The notes under the pieces were generated by a model that made no database searches, was not told where the DNA came from, and saw nothing but the letters and a program-made list of their open reading frames with translations. A DNA stretch of 64,000 bases from Gemmatimonadota bacterium (lineage in GTDB: Bacteria > Gemmatimonadota > Gemmatimonadetes > Gemmatimonadales > GWC2-71-9), in contig QHUY01000015.1 of the NCBI GenBank assembly GCA_003223415.1, positions 14,115-78,114 of the forward strand, in the 5' to 3' direction. Positions 22,035 through 32,785 of this stretch are shown here, piece by piece. The translations under genes and the position numbers were made by a program. Position 1 is the stretch's first letter; each line of letters opens with the position of its first letter.

Positions 22035-22705
22035 ACACCCCGATCTTCGGCATCTTCCTGATGCTGCTCACCGTCGTCGCGATGTTCCTGGGTACGGTGG
22101 GTGTGATTCACGCGCTGCTCAAGCAGAAGCGCGACCTTTTGAAGGCGATCCTCATCGGCGCGGCCATCTGGATCGCGGCCTACCTCCTGGTTCTCATCTC
22201 GGTCTCCGCGTTCAGCCACGGTCAAGTGCTCGGCCTGGGCGCCGAGAAGCGGTTCTGTGGCTTCTACCTCGACTGCCACCTCGCTGCGTCCGTCGATCGC
22301 GTGGACACCGCGCGTGCCATCGAAGCGCGAGTGCCGCCGCAGCAGCTCGGCGCGGACGGCGCCTGGTGGATCGTGACCGTGCGGGTGTCGAGCAACGCGC
22401 GGCGCGCGCGCCTGGCGCTGCTCCAGCCGCACGTCACCGTGGTGGACGACCTCGGCACCGAGCATCCTCGCGCCGTCGCCGCCGAGCGCGCGTTGGGCGA
22501 TACCGTCTCGCTGGAGCGCAAGCTGGGACCGGGGGAATCGCTGGCGCGGCGGGTCGTGTTCGATCTGCCGCGCGGCGTGCGCCGGCCGCGGCTGAGGTTC
22601 ACCGAGGGCTACTGGATCGACCGCGTGATCGAGCTGTTCCTCATCGGGGACGAGGACAGTCTGTTTCACGGCCGCCGCACCTTCGCGCTGACGGCCGATG
22701 GCTGA
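22031..22705 (+). CDS. Membrane-anchored hypothetical protein
   Basis: GTGA overlap with the upstream gene. Two N-terminal TM helices, then a soluble beta-rich domain. Confidence 0.5.
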   Translation: MNTPIFGIFLMLLTVVAMFLGTVGVIHALLKQKRDLLKAILIGAAIWIAAYLLVLISVSAFSHGQVLGLGAEKRFCGFYLDCHLAASVDRVDTARAIEARVPPQQLGADGAWWIVTVRVSSNARRARLALLQPHVTVVDDLGTEHPRAVAAERALGDTVSLERKLGPGESLARRVVFDLPRGVRRPRLRFTEGYWIDRVIELFLIGDEDSLFHGRRTFALTADG

Positions 22706-22730
22706 CGGCTGAGGGCTGTATCTTTGCGGC

Positions 22731-23531
22731 ATGGCCCTCCGCATTCTTCAAGTCGACGCCTTCTCCGACCGCCCCTTCGCCGGCAATCCCGCCGCCGTCT
22801 GCATTCTCCGCGGCCCGGCCGACCCAGCCTGGATGCAGAACGTCGCGCGCGAGATGAACCTCTCCGAGACGGCTTTTCTACATCCCGAGGGCGACGGCTA
22901 CAGCCTCCGCTGGTTCACGCCCGCCGTCGAGGTGGACCTGTGCGGCCATGCGACGCTCGCCGCGGCGCACGTGCTGTGGGAGGAAGGGCATCTCGCGGGA
23001 GATAGCCAGGCGCGGTTCCAGACCAAGAGTGGGCTGCTCACGGCCGACCGCCGGGGCGACTGGATCGAGCTCGATTTCCCCGCCACCGGCCCCGCGACCG
23101 CCCCGCCCCCGGCGGGCCTGATCGAGGCGCTCGGCGTCGCACCGAGCTACGTGGGCAAGACGCGCTTCGACTATTTGCTCGAAGTCGCCTCCGAAGCGGC
23201 GGTCCGGGCGGTGCAGCCCGACTTCGGCGCGCTCCAGGGCGTGGAAGCGCGCGGCATCATCGTCACGGCGCGGGCGAGCACGTCGGGCTTCGACTTCGTG
23301 TCGCGGTTCTTCGGGCCGCGCTCCGGCGTCCCCGAGGACCCGGTCACTGGGTCGGCGCACTGCGCGCTCGGCCCGTACTGGCAGGGCCGGCTCGGCAAGG
23401 CCGAATTCGTCGCCTATCAGGCGTCCGCGCGCGGCGGCACCGTGCGCGTACGCGTCCTCGGGGGGGGAGACCGCGTCCGCCTCGGCGGCCGTGCCGTCAC
23501 CGTGCTGCGGGGAGAATTGGCCGCGGCGTGA
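22731..23531 (+). CDS. PhzF-family isomerase
   Basis: QVDAFSDRPFAGNPAAV, LSETAF, CGHATLAAAH, EDPVTGSAHCAL. Confidence 0.85.
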   Translation: MALRILQVDAFSDRPFAGNPAAVCILRGPADPAWMQNVAREMNLSETAFLHPEGDGYSLRWFTPAVEVDLCGHATLAAAHVLWEEGHLAGDSQARFQTKSGLLTADRRGDWIELDFPATGPATAPPPAGLIEALGVAPSYVGKTRFDYLLEVASEAAVRAVQPDFGALQGVEARGIIVTARASTSGFDFVSRFFGPRSGVPEDPVTGSAHCALGPYWQGRLGKAEFVAYQASARGGTVRVRVLGGGDRVRLGGRAVTVLRGELAAA

Positions 23532-24481
23532 TCTCCGCCCGCGGGCTGACCCGCGCCTTCGACGGGACGGTCGCCGTCGAGCACCTCAGCTTCGACGTCC
23601 CCAACGGCAAGCTGTGCGCCCTGCTCGGCCCCAATGGCGCGGGCAAGACCACCACCGTTCGCATGCTGCTCGGGCTCATCGGACCCACGACCGGGACCGC
23701 GCGCGTCGCGGGCCACGTGCTGGGCAGGGGTCCGAACGCCAACCGCGCCCTGCGCGCCGCCTGCGGCCTGCTCACCGAAACCCCCGGCTTCTACGATCGG
23801 GTGTCCGCCTGGGACAACCTGTTGTTCTTCGGCCGGCTGTACGGTGTCGCCGACGACGTCTTGAAGCCGCGGCTGGAGCACTACCTGCGGGCGATGGAGC
23901 TGTGGGACCGGCGGGAGGGCCGCGTGGGCGAGTTCTCCAAGGGGATGAAACAGCGCCTCGCCATCATCCGGGCGCTGTTCCACGATCCCAAGGTCGTGTT
24001 CCTCGACGAGCCGACCTCGGGGCTCGATCCCGAGGCGGCGCTCGCGGTGCGGGAGCTCATCTTGAGCCTCAAGGCCGAGGGCCGGACGATCCTCGTCTGC
24101 ACGCACAACCTCGACGAAGCAGAACGGCTCGCCGACCTGGTGGGGATCCTGCGGCGGCGGCTGCTGGCGTTCGGCACCCTGGACGAGCTGCGCGCGGGGA
24201 CGGGGGGGCGGGGGAGGGCGGGAAACGGTCGCACCGTGCGCGTGCGCCTGGTCGACGCTGCGGCGGACCACGCTGCCGCGCTCGCGGCGCTTCCCGGAGT
24301 CCGTGCCGTGACGCCCGCCGCCACGACGCTCACGGTCCGCGTGGAGGACTTTGCCGCGGTCGTCCCTCGACTGGTCGCACGACTCGTGGAACACGGCGCC
24401 GCCGTGCTCGAGGTACGGCCCGAGGCCGAGAGCCTCGAGAGCGTCTACCTGCAGTGCGTGCGGGGGGAGGAGCACGCGTGA
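23528..24481 (+). CDS. ABC transporter ATP-binding protein (ABC-2 exporter type)
   Basis: GPNGAGKTT, FSKGMKQRLAI, VVFLDEPTSGLD. GTGA overlap with phzF-like gene. Confidence 0.9.
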   Translation: MISARGLTRAFDGTVAVEHLSFDVPNGKLCALLGPNGAGKTTTVRMLLGLIGPTTGTARVAGHVLGRGPNANRALRAACGLLTETPGFYDRVSAWDNLLFFGRLYGVADDVLKPRLEHYLRAMELWDRREGRVGEFSKGMKQRLAIIRALFHDPKVVFLDEPTSGLDPEAALAVRELILSLKAEGRTILVCTHNLDEAERLADLVGILRRRLLAFGTLDELRAGTGGRGRAGNGRTVRVRLVDAAADHAAALAALPGVRAVTPAATTLTVRVEDFAAVVPRLVARLVEHGAAVLEVRPEAESLESVYLQCVRGEEHA

Positions 24482-25287
24482 GCGTGCTGTGGCTGTTCCT
24501 CGCGCGCGAGGTGCGGGACCTGCGGGGGAACAGCCGCGTCTGGCCGCTGTATCTCATCCTCCCCCTCCTCGCGATCGCCCTGCCGGTGGTGTTCGCCGTC
24601 GCTATGCCGCAAATGATTGCGATGGGCCAGGCCAAGGGAGATCCGGCCCTCCTGCTGTTGCTGCGGACCGTGCAGGCCACGCCCGAGTTCGCCCACTACT
24701 CCCTCGTGGAGGCGATGACGCGCTACATGCTGCGCAACTCCTTCGCGATCCTCCTGCTCGTGCCGATCGCGATCTCGTCCACGTCCGCGGCGTTTTCGAT
24801 CGTCGGCGAGAAGCTGCAGCGCACCCTGGAGCCGATCCTCGCCACGCCGATCAGCGACCACCAGTTCCTGCTCGGCAAGCTGCTGGCCGCGCTCGTGCCG
24901 ACCGTGGCCGCGACGTGGATCGCAGCCGCCGCGGGCGCCATTCTCGTGGATGCCCTCACCTGGTCACGCTACGGTAGCCCCTTGCTGCCCGACCGCTTCT
25001 GGCTGGTCGGGGTGCTGGTGCTCGCCCCGCTGCTCGGCGCCTGCGTTGTGCTCGTCACGATGCGCCTGTCCGCCCGCGGCACCGACCCCCAGGCGGTGGT
25101 GCAGACGACCGCTCTGGCGACGATCCCCGGGTTTCTCTTGCTCGGCGCGATCTTCGGCAAAGCGCTGACCATCTTCTTCCCCGCCCTGCTCGGGGCCTGC
25201 CTCCTCATGCTGATCGTGGACGCGATCCTGTTCCGCGGCAACGTGCGCACCTTCCGCCGTGAGGAGATCCTGACGCGCTGGAAGTAG
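24478..25287 (+). CDS. ABC-2-type transporter permease
   Basis: Six hydrophobic helices. GTGA overlap with the ATPase gene. Confidence 0.8.
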   Translation: MSVLWLFLAREVRDLRGNSRVWPLYLILPLLAIALPVVFAVAMPQMIAMGQAKGDPALLLLLRTVQATPEFAHYSLVEAMTRYMLRNSFAILLLVPIAISSTSAAFSIVGEKLQRTLEPILATPISDHQFLLGKLLAALVPTVAATWIAAAAGAILVDALTWSRYGSPLLPDRFWLVGVLVLAPLLGACVVLVTMRLSARGTDPQAVVQTTALATIPGFLLLGAIFGKALTIFFPALLGACLLMLIVDAILFRGNVRTFRREEILTRWK

Positions 25288-25377
25288 GCAGACCTTGCCC
25301 GCGCTCCGTTCCCCGGACAATATCCCCGCAGCGGACCGCCTTCACGTCCTCCCCCCCTCTTTAACCCGAGGCGCGCC

Positions 25378-25812
25378 ATGAAAGAGATCCGGACCACCGC
25401 CGACATCCATGCGACCCCGGAGCGGGTCTGGGCCGTGCTCACCAACTTCGCCGCCTATCAGGACTGGAATCCCTTCATCACCCGCGCCAGCGGCGCGCTG
25501 CAGCCCGGCGAGCGGCTGGAGCTGCGGCTGGAGCCCCCGGGCGCGATGGCCCGGACCGTTCGCGCCGTGCTGCTGGAGGCCGAGCCGGGGCGCGAGCTGC
25601 GGTGGCTCGCGGAGGGCTGGCTGAGCGGCCTGCTCGACGAGCACCACTGCATCTCGATCGTCGACAAGGGTCCCAACCGGACGCACGTGATCCAGCGGTC
25701 CACCTTCACCGGGCTGCTCGTGCCGTTCCACCGAGCGTCGATCGAGACGAACCTGCGGGAAGGCCTCGAGACGATGAATCGTGCATTGAAGCAGCGGGTG
25801 CAGGCGTCGTGA
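25378..25812 (+). CDS. SRPBCC-superfamily protein
   Basis: ATPERVWAVLTNFAAYQDWNPF at the N-terminus. 144 aa. Confidence 0.8.
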   Translation: MKEIRTTADIHATPERVWAVLTNFAAYQDWNPFITRASGALQPGERLELRLEPPGAMARTVRAVLLEAEPGRELRWLAEGWLSGLLDEHHCISIVDKGPNRTHVIQRSTFTGLLVPFHRASIETNLREGLETMNRALKQRVQAS

Positions 25813-26720
25813 ACCGCCGCCTCGTCGGCTACCTCTGTGCGGTCGGCGCGGGCGCCACTTGGGGCACGACCGGCCCGCTCTCCACGGGACTGTACGCCTA
25901 CATGCCCGCGACGAGCATCGGGTTCTGGCGCGTGCTGTTGGGGACCGTGTGCCTCGCGATCTGGGGGCTCGTATTCCGACGCGATCTGCTCCGGGTGGAC
26001 GCGCATGGCTGGCTGCTGGTGGGCTTGGGGGGCGGGATCCTGGTCGCCCTGTTCGAGATCGCGTACCAGCTCGCGATCGCGGGCGCCGGCGTCGCGGGCG
26101 CCGCGGCGCTGCTCTACACCGCTCCGGTGATCGTCGCCGTGCTGGCCCGGGTGATCCTGCGGGAGGCGCTGACGCCCGTCCGGCTGGCGCTCGCCCTGGT
26201 GGTGATGATCGGCGTCGCGCTCACCGTGACGCACGGCAGCAACGCCGGCGCGGAGGCCGCCCGGCTGGGGATCGGCGCGGGCATCGCCGGCGGCTTGCTG
26301 TCCGCGCTGAGCTACGCGCTCACGACGCTCTTGGCCCGGTTCGCCGTCCCTCGCTACGGGGCCGTCCGGGTGTTGTTCCTCGAGGCGCTGGGCGGCGTCG
26401 TGATCCTGGGAATCGTGCTGCCGCTGGCGCGCCATGCCCCCCCCCCACTGCCGCCCACGGCCGCCGCCTGGCGCGGCCTGCTCGGCCTGACGGTCGGCTC
26501 AGTGCTGGCAGCGAACATTCTCTTCTTCTCCGCCGTCAAGCGGATCGAAGCGGCGCCCGCGGCGGTGGCCGCGACAATCGAGCCGGTCGTGGGCACGCTG
26601 CTGGCGTTGGCGCTGTTCGCCCAGCGACTCACCGCGCTCGGCTGGCTGGGGCTGCTGCTGGTCGTCGGCGGCGTGGCGGCGGGGTATCTGAAGGAAGGCG
26701 CTCCGGAACCGACTGCATGA
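25809..26720 (+). CDS. EamA/DMT-family transporter
   Basis: Ten hydrophobic helices in two EamA-like halves. GTGA overlap with the upstream gene. Confidence 0.85.
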   Translation: MNRRLVGYLCAVGAGATWGTTGPLSTGLYAYMPATSIGFWRVLLGTVCLAIWGLVFRRDLLRVDAHGWLLVGLGGGILVALFEIAYQLAIAGAGVAGAAALLYTAPVIVAVLARVILREALTPVRLALALVVMIGVALTVTHGSNAGAEAARLGIGAGIAGGLLSALSYALTTLLARFAVPRYGAVRVLFLEALGGVVILGIVLPLARHAPPPLPPTAAAWRGLLGLTVGSVLAANILFFSAVKRIEAAPAAVAATIEPVVGTLLALALFAQRLTALGWLGLLLVVGGVAAGYLKEGAPEPTA

Positions 26721-26786
26721 CGCGTGGAGGAGGTCCTGCGGAGCCACTGTGTCTTTTTGTGGCGCAGCGGGACCTCCTCCACGCGT
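26719..26786. terminator. Bidirectional hairpin between convergent genes
   Basis: Perfect 18-bp stem GACGCGTGGAGGAGGTCC ... GGACCTCCTCCACGCGTC with further inner pairing. TTTTT in the loop and TTTTTT after the 3' arm. Confidence 0.7.
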
Positions 26787-26799
26787 CAGCGAGCCTTTT

Positions 26800-29568
26800 T
26801 TAGAACACCAGCTCAATCCCTAGCCGAATCAGCCGCGGCGGGCCGTACTGGAAGTACGGCTGCGTGAAGTCGCGCGCCGCCGCCAGGTAGAGCGGCATCA
26901 GCTCCCCCGCCCCCTCGATCAGCCCGTTGCCGTCGAGGTCCGCCCAACGACGGTAGCGCGGCGACTCGTAGGGGATCGCCTCGGGGTGCGCGCTGTAGGC
27001 GGCCTCGGCGAGACGATTCAGGGTGGGATCGCCCACGCCGGGCTCGCCGGTGTCGCGCCGCACGCTCTCCACGTTTCGGAAGTTGAAGAGGTTCCGCACG
27101 TCGAGGTACAGGCCCCCCTCGCGACCCGCGACCCGGATCGGCCGCCGCACCAGGAGGTCGAGCGTCTTCTCCGCCGGCAGCCGATAGCTGTTGGGAAGCC
27201 CGATCAGCGTGTCGCCGGTGGCGTTCGTGCGGGAGTAAGGGAGGCCCGAGTTGTAGCGCGCGATGGCCGCGACCTCGAGCCCTTCGACGAGCCGCACGCC
27301 GCCAACGCGCGGGCCGGCGCCCTGGGACACCCGCGCCTGGCCGATCACGGTGAGGCTGTGCCGGCGATCGTAGTCGAGCGGGAACTGCACGCGGGCCGGG
27401 TAAATCGTGTCACCGATGGAACCGATGCGCACGCGACGCAGGATCTGGAAGGCGTTGGTCGCGGTGGCGATCGCGTCCTGCAGCGAGTAGTTGACCCGCA
27501 CGCCCCAGCCGCCCGTGATCTCTCGCTCGACCAGCAGCTCCAGGCCCCGCACGGTCCCGAAGTCGCCGTTGCCGAAGATCGCTGAATCGGGATTGAGGCC
27601 GAGCGGCACGGACGCGACCAGCCCGTCGAGTCGTTTCACGTACAGGTTGGCGCGGACCGACGTCCGCTCGCTGGGGCGGGTGCGCAGGCTGAACTCGTAC
27701 TGCATCGCCGACTCGAAGCCGAGATTCGGATTGCCGCGGCGGAACCGACCGGTGCGCAGCGTGTCGTCGAAGGCGGCGTCCACGAGGTACTGGAAGTCGG
27801 GCGGCTGGCTGAAGCGGCCGATGCTGGCGACGAACGTCGCGTCCTTCAGCACTGTGGACACCGCGATCCGCGGGTTAAGGCTGCGCTGCGCCCCCAGATT
27901 GGTGCGCGGCTCGAACTGGTCGTAGCGCAGACCGAAGGTGAACGCCAGGTCTTCCACCCGCAGCTGCGTCTCGGCGTACGCCGCCGCGACGCGAGGCTGA
28001 AAGTTCGCTGTCGTCGGCGTGGGGACGGTGTCCTTGCCGGTGAATCCCACGGGGAGATAGGCGAAGATGCGCTGGAACGTCTCGACCCGCTGGCCCGCGA
28101 CCTCACCGCCGAGGTAGAAGTCCGCGTCCTTGCCGCCGCCCATGGTGACGTCGACTTGCGTGCGAAGCTCGCGGAAGCGGTTCCAGGAGATCTCTCCTCT
28201 CGACCCCGCCGCGAGGAAGAAGGCCGGCACCCCCCACGGCGTACGCGCGCTGAAATCGGGCAAGCCGAAGCCCGGGACCGCAGGCGTAGCGGCGGCGGTG
28301 TCGCGGGCCCGGGCCAGGTCCTCCCCCAGGAAGTGGAAGGTCTGGCCGGTGAACGCCCCGAACTTAAGATCCGGCTGGCTGGATAGCGTCCCGCGCAGGA
28401 ACTGCCGGTCGAAGTAGCCGGCGCGCAGATCCACGGTCAGCGGGTTGACCGCCCCGGGGCCGGAGGTGTGCTGCAGGTGGCCGCTGAGCAGCGTCCCGCC
28501 CACCCAGCTCGCCGGCGCGAAGTCGAGGTCGTACTTGTAGACCGGGTCGAACAACAGTCGCTGCTCGACGGAGCGCAGCCCGAACAGCCGCAGGGTCTGC
28601 CGAGCGCCGAGCGGAAACGTGAGCTTGCCGCCGGCGTCGAGGCGCTCGCCGCTGTTGTGCGGCAGCAGGCCCGGGGCCCCGTAGCGCGGATCGCGCGGGT
28701 CGCTGGGCGACGGCGCGTTGACCGGGTCGGCGTCGAGGCGCCCCTGTGCGTCGAGCACGCCGACCAAGCCGATCCCGCGGCCGAGGGGGCCGTCGCCGGT
28801 GATCAGCAGGCGGTCGAGGCCGTAATCGAGCCCACTCCACAGCGGGCGATCGGTCTCGTAGGCGGCCCGGCCCTGCCAGCGGTCCCCGCCGTCCTTGGTC
28901 ACGACGTTGACGAGGCCCGACAACGCCTGCCCGTACCGGGCCGAGAAGGCGTTGGTGACCAGCGACGCTTCCGTGAGAATGTCGGGCGGGATGCGCAGCC
29001 CGAGCGGGCCGGTGGACGCGTCAAGCTGGTTTTTGACGCCGAGCCCGTCCAGGACGAAAGACTGTTCCCCGACGCGCCCGCCACGGTAGCTGTCGCCGAC
29101 GGCACCCGCCGACAACTGCACCGCCTCCTCCAGGGTCGTGATGGGCAGGTGCCGGATCTCTTCGGCGGTGATGCGCTGCAGGTCCATCGGCGCGAGTGGA
29201 TCGAGCACGCGGTCGGGTGTCGCCTGGACCAGGATGGAGTCGATGCGCAGGGCGTGCGGCTGCAGCCGGACGTTCAGCGTGACCGTCTCGCCGCTGCGCA
29301 CCAGCACGCTGTCGTAGACTACCGGGCGGAAGCCGATCGCCGAGATCTGCACTCGGTGCCAGCCGCTGCGCACCTCCCGCACCCGGAACGCCCCCGACGT
29401 ATCCGTACCGGCGCCGGCGCGCCCGCCGTCGACCGAGATCACGGCGCCGCCGATGCCGCGCCCGCTCACGGCGTCCCGCACCCGGCCGCCGATCGCGCCG
29501 CTCGTCTGGGCGGCGAGCGGCGCCGCGGCGGCAAGTAGTAGCAGCAGCGCGCCGGCCCGCACGCTCAC
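26800..29568 (-). CDS. TonB-dependent receptor with N-terminal carboxypeptidase-regulatory-like domain
   Basis: Signal peptide, CarboxypepD_reg-like GRVRDAVSGRGIGGAVISV...GFRP, plug and large barrel, terminal ...GIELVF. Start chosen at the GTG that forms a GTGA overlap with the upstream stop. The longest ORF extends to 29586. Confidence 0.85.
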   Translation of the reverse strand: MSVRAGALLLLLAAAAPLAAQTSGAIGGRVRDAVSGRGIGGAVISVDGGRAGAGTDTSGAFRVREVRSGWHRVQISAIGFRPVVYDSVLVRSGETVTLNVRLQPHALRIDSILVQATPDRVLDPLAPMDLQRITAEEIRHLPITTLEEAVQLSAGAVGDSYRGGRVGEQSFVLDGLGVKNQLDASTGPLGLRIPPDILTEASLVTNAFSARYGQALSGLVNVVTKDGGDRWQGRAAYETDRPLWSGLDYGLDRLLITGDGPLGRGIGLVGVLDAQGRLDADPVNAPSPSDPRDPRYGAPGLLPHNSGERLDAGGKLTFPLGARQTLRLFGLRSVEQRLLFDPVYKYDLDFAPASWVGGTLLSGHLQHTSGPGAVNPLTVDLRAGYFDRQFLRGTLSSQPDLKFGAFTGQTFHFLGEDLARARDTAAATPAVPGFGLPDFSARTPWGVPAFFLAAGSRGEISWNRFRELRTQVDVTMGGGKDADFYLGGEVAGQRVETFQRIFAYLPVGFTGKDTVPTPTTANFQPRVAAAYAETQLRVEDLAFTFGLRYDQFEPRTNLGAQRSLNPRIAVSTVLKDATFVASIGRFSQPPDFQYLVDAAFDDTLRTGRFRRGNPNLGFESAMQYEFSLRTRPSERTSVRANLYVKRLDGLVASVPLGLNPDSAIFGNGDFGTVRGLELLVEREITGGWGVRVNYSLQDAIATATNAFQILRRVRIGSIGDTIYPARVQFPLDYDRRHSLTVIGQARVSQGAGPRVGGVRLVEGLEVAAIARYNSGLPYSRTNATGDTLIGLPNSYRLPAEKTLDLLVRRPIRVAGREGGLYLDVRNLFNFRNVESVRRDTGEPGVGDPTLNRLAEAAYSAHPEAIPYESPRYRRWADLDGNGLIEGAGELMPLYLAAARDFTQPYFQYGPPRLIRLGIELVF

Positions 29569-30629
29569 GGCAGCGACACCGCCCACAGATCCGTCGTCCG
29601 CCCGGTCACTAGCTCGGCGACGAGCTGCGTCCCCGAAGGAGCCAGCGCCGGGTGACGGAACGCCAGTGCCGCGTCCGTGAGCGTCACGTCCATGCCGGAC
29701 GTCAGGTCCACCAAATGCAGAACGCCGCCGCCGTCGCGCTGCACCGGCTGCAGGTTGGAATCGTAGGAAAACGAGACGGCGCCGCCGACGACGGCCACGA
29801 GCCTGGTCCCGGCCACTTGCACGTCACGCGCGATCGGCCCCCCGAAATCGTGCGCGACCGTGGTCGCCCCGGTGGAGAGCACCAGGCGAAACACCCGCGC
29901 GTCCCCGTTGCGGGTGTAGTAGACGGTGTCGCTCCCCGCGACCGCGACGGACGAGGCTTGGTCCGTGCCCGGGAGCGTGTCCAGGACTGGGTTTGGCGCG
30001 CTCAAGTCCATCGTGACCAGCTCCAGGCCGGTGGGCACGGTGTCGGCCAGGCAGCTGCCGCACGGTCTCGGATAGGCGACGCGCTGCCCCACGTACACGA
30101 GCGTGGTGGCGCTCAGCCAGCGGATCTGCGCGACGGCCTCGTGCCCGCGACCGCTGGGGCTCTGATAGGGAATGCTGAGGAGCACCCGCACCGCCACTGA
30201 TCCGTCGAACGTCCCGAGCACCAGCTGTTGGTCATGTGGGGCGAGGCTCCCGAGTGCTGTGAGCGACGTGGCCCGAACGTACACCAGACGACCGTCGGCC
30301 GCGGGAGCCGGCCACTGATACGCGTCGGTCGAGTCGTCCGAGGCCGGGATCCGGTCACACAACTCCCCGGTGATCGCCCCGCCGCCGGCTGGCAGCCGCG
30401 CCACGCACCGGTCCCGGTCGTAGCGGTCAGTCCGCTCCCGGGAGTACAGGATCCCGCTGCCGTCGAGGAGCCAGACGGGGGTGAGATCCTGGCCGGGGTT
30501 GTAGGTGAGACGCAACGGCGAGCCGGAGCCGAGTGGCCCGGTGGGGGCGTAGCTCCCCCCATGGAAGGGGCTGGTGTGCTCGCACGCGGCGAGCCCAGCG
30601 ATCAGCAGCAGGCCGAGGCGAGGCGTCAT
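29565..30629 (-). CDS. TolB-like beta-propeller lipoprotein
   Basis: Lipobox IAGLAAC. Repeated propeller-blade-like segments (P.WL.DG..ILY, ADGRLVYV). Confidence 0.6.
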   Translation of the reverse strand: MTPRLGLLLIAGLAACEHTSPFHGGSYAPTGPLGSGSPLRLTYNPGQDLTPVWLLDGSGILYSRERTDRYDRDRCVARLPAGGGAITGELCDRIPASDDSTDAYQWPAPAADGRLVYVRATSLTALGSLAPHDQQLVLGTFDGSVAVRVLLSIPYQSPSGRGHEAVAQIRWLSATTLVYVGQRVAYPRPCGSCLADTVPTGLELVTMDLSAPNPVLDTLPGTDQASSVAVAGSDTVYYTRNGDARVFRLVLSTGATTVAHDFGGPIARDVQVAGTRLVAVVGGAVSFSYDSNLQPVQRDGGGVLHLVDLTSGMDVTLTDAALAFRHPALAPSGTQLVAELVTGRTTDLWAVSLP

Positions 30630-30763
30630 GAGCGGATGGTGGACTACCGACCGGGTTCAGATCGTACCCGAGCGCGACGGCGGCGTTCCGGCGATGCACA
30701 TCGGTGCTCCAGCGAGGGTATCATTCAGGCCGCCGTCGCCACCTTGACCCGAGGAAACAACCG

Positions 30764-32734
30764 ATGACCGTGGCTCCGTTGCTCTTTGCCGTTCTGTTGC
30801 AGCAGCCGGCGGCGCCCCCAGCGCCGCAGGCCCCTGCCCGTGTCCCACCGAGCGTGGGCGACACGTCCCCGTTCCGACGGCTGGAGCTGCCGGCGCCCAA
30901 CCTGATCCGCGAAGGCTCCGGAATGCCGGGGCCGCGGTACTGGCAGCAGCGCGCCGATTACACGATTCAGGTGTCGCTCGACACCGCGGCGCACACCGCC
31001 GGCGGCCGCGAGACCATCCGCTACACCAACAACTCGCCCGACACGCTGCGCTACGCCTGGTTGCAGGTGGATCAGAACATCTACCGCGAGGACAGCCGCG
31101 GCGGCGCGATCAACCCCGCCGACGCGCGGTGGGCTGCCCGCGGCTTCCAGGGCGGCTACGCCATCACGGCGTTCGACGCCGTGCGGAGCGCCGCCACACG
31201 TGGCCAGGCCGGCATCCGCCGGTCGCTCACGACAACGGTCAACGGCACCGTGCTCCGCGCCGACCTCGACCGGCCGCTGCCGCCCGGTGGCACGGCGACG
31301 TGGGATGTCGCGTTCTCGTTTCAGATCCCCGAGCACGGCTCCGACCGCATGGGTCGCAGTCAGTACGGGGGCCGCTGGCTGTACGAGATCGCGCAGTGGT
31401 TCCCCCGCCTGGCGGTGTATGACGACGTCCGCGGCTGGAACACCGAACAGTACCTTGGTCAGGGCGAGTTCTACCTCGAGTATGGCGACATCGACTTCAC
31501 GGTCACCGTGCCGCGCAACTACGTCGTCGCCGGGACCGGGACGCTGCTCAACCCGGTCGAGGTGCTGACCGCGACCGAGCGAGCGCGCCTCGCCCGGGCC
31601 CAGCACGCGGACTCGACGGTCGCGATCATCTCGCGCGACGAAGCCGGCCAGCCCGCGACCCGGCCGGCCGGGACGACCCCTACCCTCAGCTGGCACTTCA
31701 GCGCCAAAAACGTGCGGGACGTGGCCTGGGCCGCCGCGCCCAACTTCGTGTGGGACGCGAGCTCCTGGAACGCCGTCCTGATGCAGTCCTACTATCCTCC
31801 GGACGCCAACCCCGACTGGGCCAACTCCACGGTGTACGTGCGGCACACGATCAAGCACTACAGCGAGAAGTGGTTCCCCTACCCCTACCCGACGGCGATC
31901 AACATCGCCGGTCCGGTGGGCGGGATGGAATATCCGATGATCGTGTTTTGCGGATCGCGCGCGGGCGGCCGGGGCCTGTTCGGTGTGACCACCCACGAGC
32001 TCGGCCACCAGTGGTTTCCGATGATGGTGGGCAGCAACGAGCGGCTGTACGCGTGGGCGGACGAAGGGTTCAATACGTTCATCAACATTTATTCGGCGCT
32101 GGCCTTCTACAAGACCGACACCGTGGTGCAGCGGCGAGGCGTCCCCAACGCCGACCAATGGGCGAGCTGGGCGGCGATCGGCCGCGACGTGCCGTCGATG
32201 CTCCCCGCCGACCGCATCACCGGTTTCGCGCTCGGCCAGGCGGCCTACAACAAACCCGCCGTAGGCCTCTACCTGCTGCGCCACCGCATCCTCGACGACA
32301 CGACCCGCTTCGACACGGCGTTCCGCGAGTACATCCGGCGCTGGGCTTTCAAGCACCCCACCCCGGCCGATTTCTTCCGGACAATGAACGACGCCTTGGG
32401 CGAAGACCTGTCGTGGTTCTGGCGGGGCTGGTTCTACCGCACGGACGTGGTGGATCTCGCGGTGGACTCGGTCCTGACCCGGGCCGACTCGGCCGGCACT
32501 AAGGTGACGGGCATCTTCCTCTCGAGCCCGGGTCAGCTCCCGGTGCCGGTAGACTTGAAGCTTGGCTTCGCCGACGGGACGAGCGCGCAGGTCCGCCTGC
32601 CGGTGGAGGTATGGTATCTCGGCAACCACTACGTCTACGTCCGACAGTTCCCGAGCGACCTGACGAAAGTGGAGATCGACCCCGCGCACAATTTCCCGGA
32701 CGTGCGGCGGGAGAACAACGTGTGGAGTAAGTAA
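30764..32734 (+). CDS. M1-family zinc aminopeptidase
   Basis: HELGHQWF followed by E exactly 18 residues later (WADEGF), plus a signal-like N-terminus. Confidence 0.85.
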   Translation: MTVAPLLFAVLLQQPAAPPAPQAPARVPPSVGDTSPFRRLELPAPNLIREGSGMPGPRYWQQRADYTIQVSLDTAAHTAGGRETIRYTNNSPDTLRYAWLQVDQNIYREDSRGGAINPADARWAARGFQGGYAITAFDAVRSAATRGQAGIRRSLTTTVNGTVLRADLDRPLPPGGTATWDVAFSFQIPEHGSDRMGRSQYGGRWLYEIAQWFPRLAVYDDVRGWNTEQYLGQGEFYLEYGDIDFTVTVPRNYVVAGTGTLLNPVEVLTATERARLARAQHADSTVAIISRDEAGQPATRPAGTTPTLSWHFSAKNVRDVAWAAAPNFVWDASSWNAVLMQSYYPPDANPDWANSTVYVRHTIKHYSEKWFPYPYPTAINIAGPVGGMEYPMIVFCGSRAGGRGLFGVTTHELGHQWFPMMVGSNERLYAWADEGFNTFINIYSALAFYKTDTVVQRRGVPNADQWASWAAIGRDVPSMLPADRITGFALGQAAYNKPAVGLYLLRHRILDDTTRFDTAFREYIRRWAFKHPTPADFFRTMNDALGEDLSWFWRGWFYRTDVVDLAVDSVLTRADSAGTKVTGIFLSSPGQLPVPVDLKLGFADGTSAQVRLPVEVWYLGNHYVYVRQFPSDLTKVEIDPAHNFPDVRRENNVWSK

Positions 32735-32785
32735 GGGGCGCGCGGAGCAGCGAGCGGAGAGCGGGTGAGCACTGCCACTCCCCGC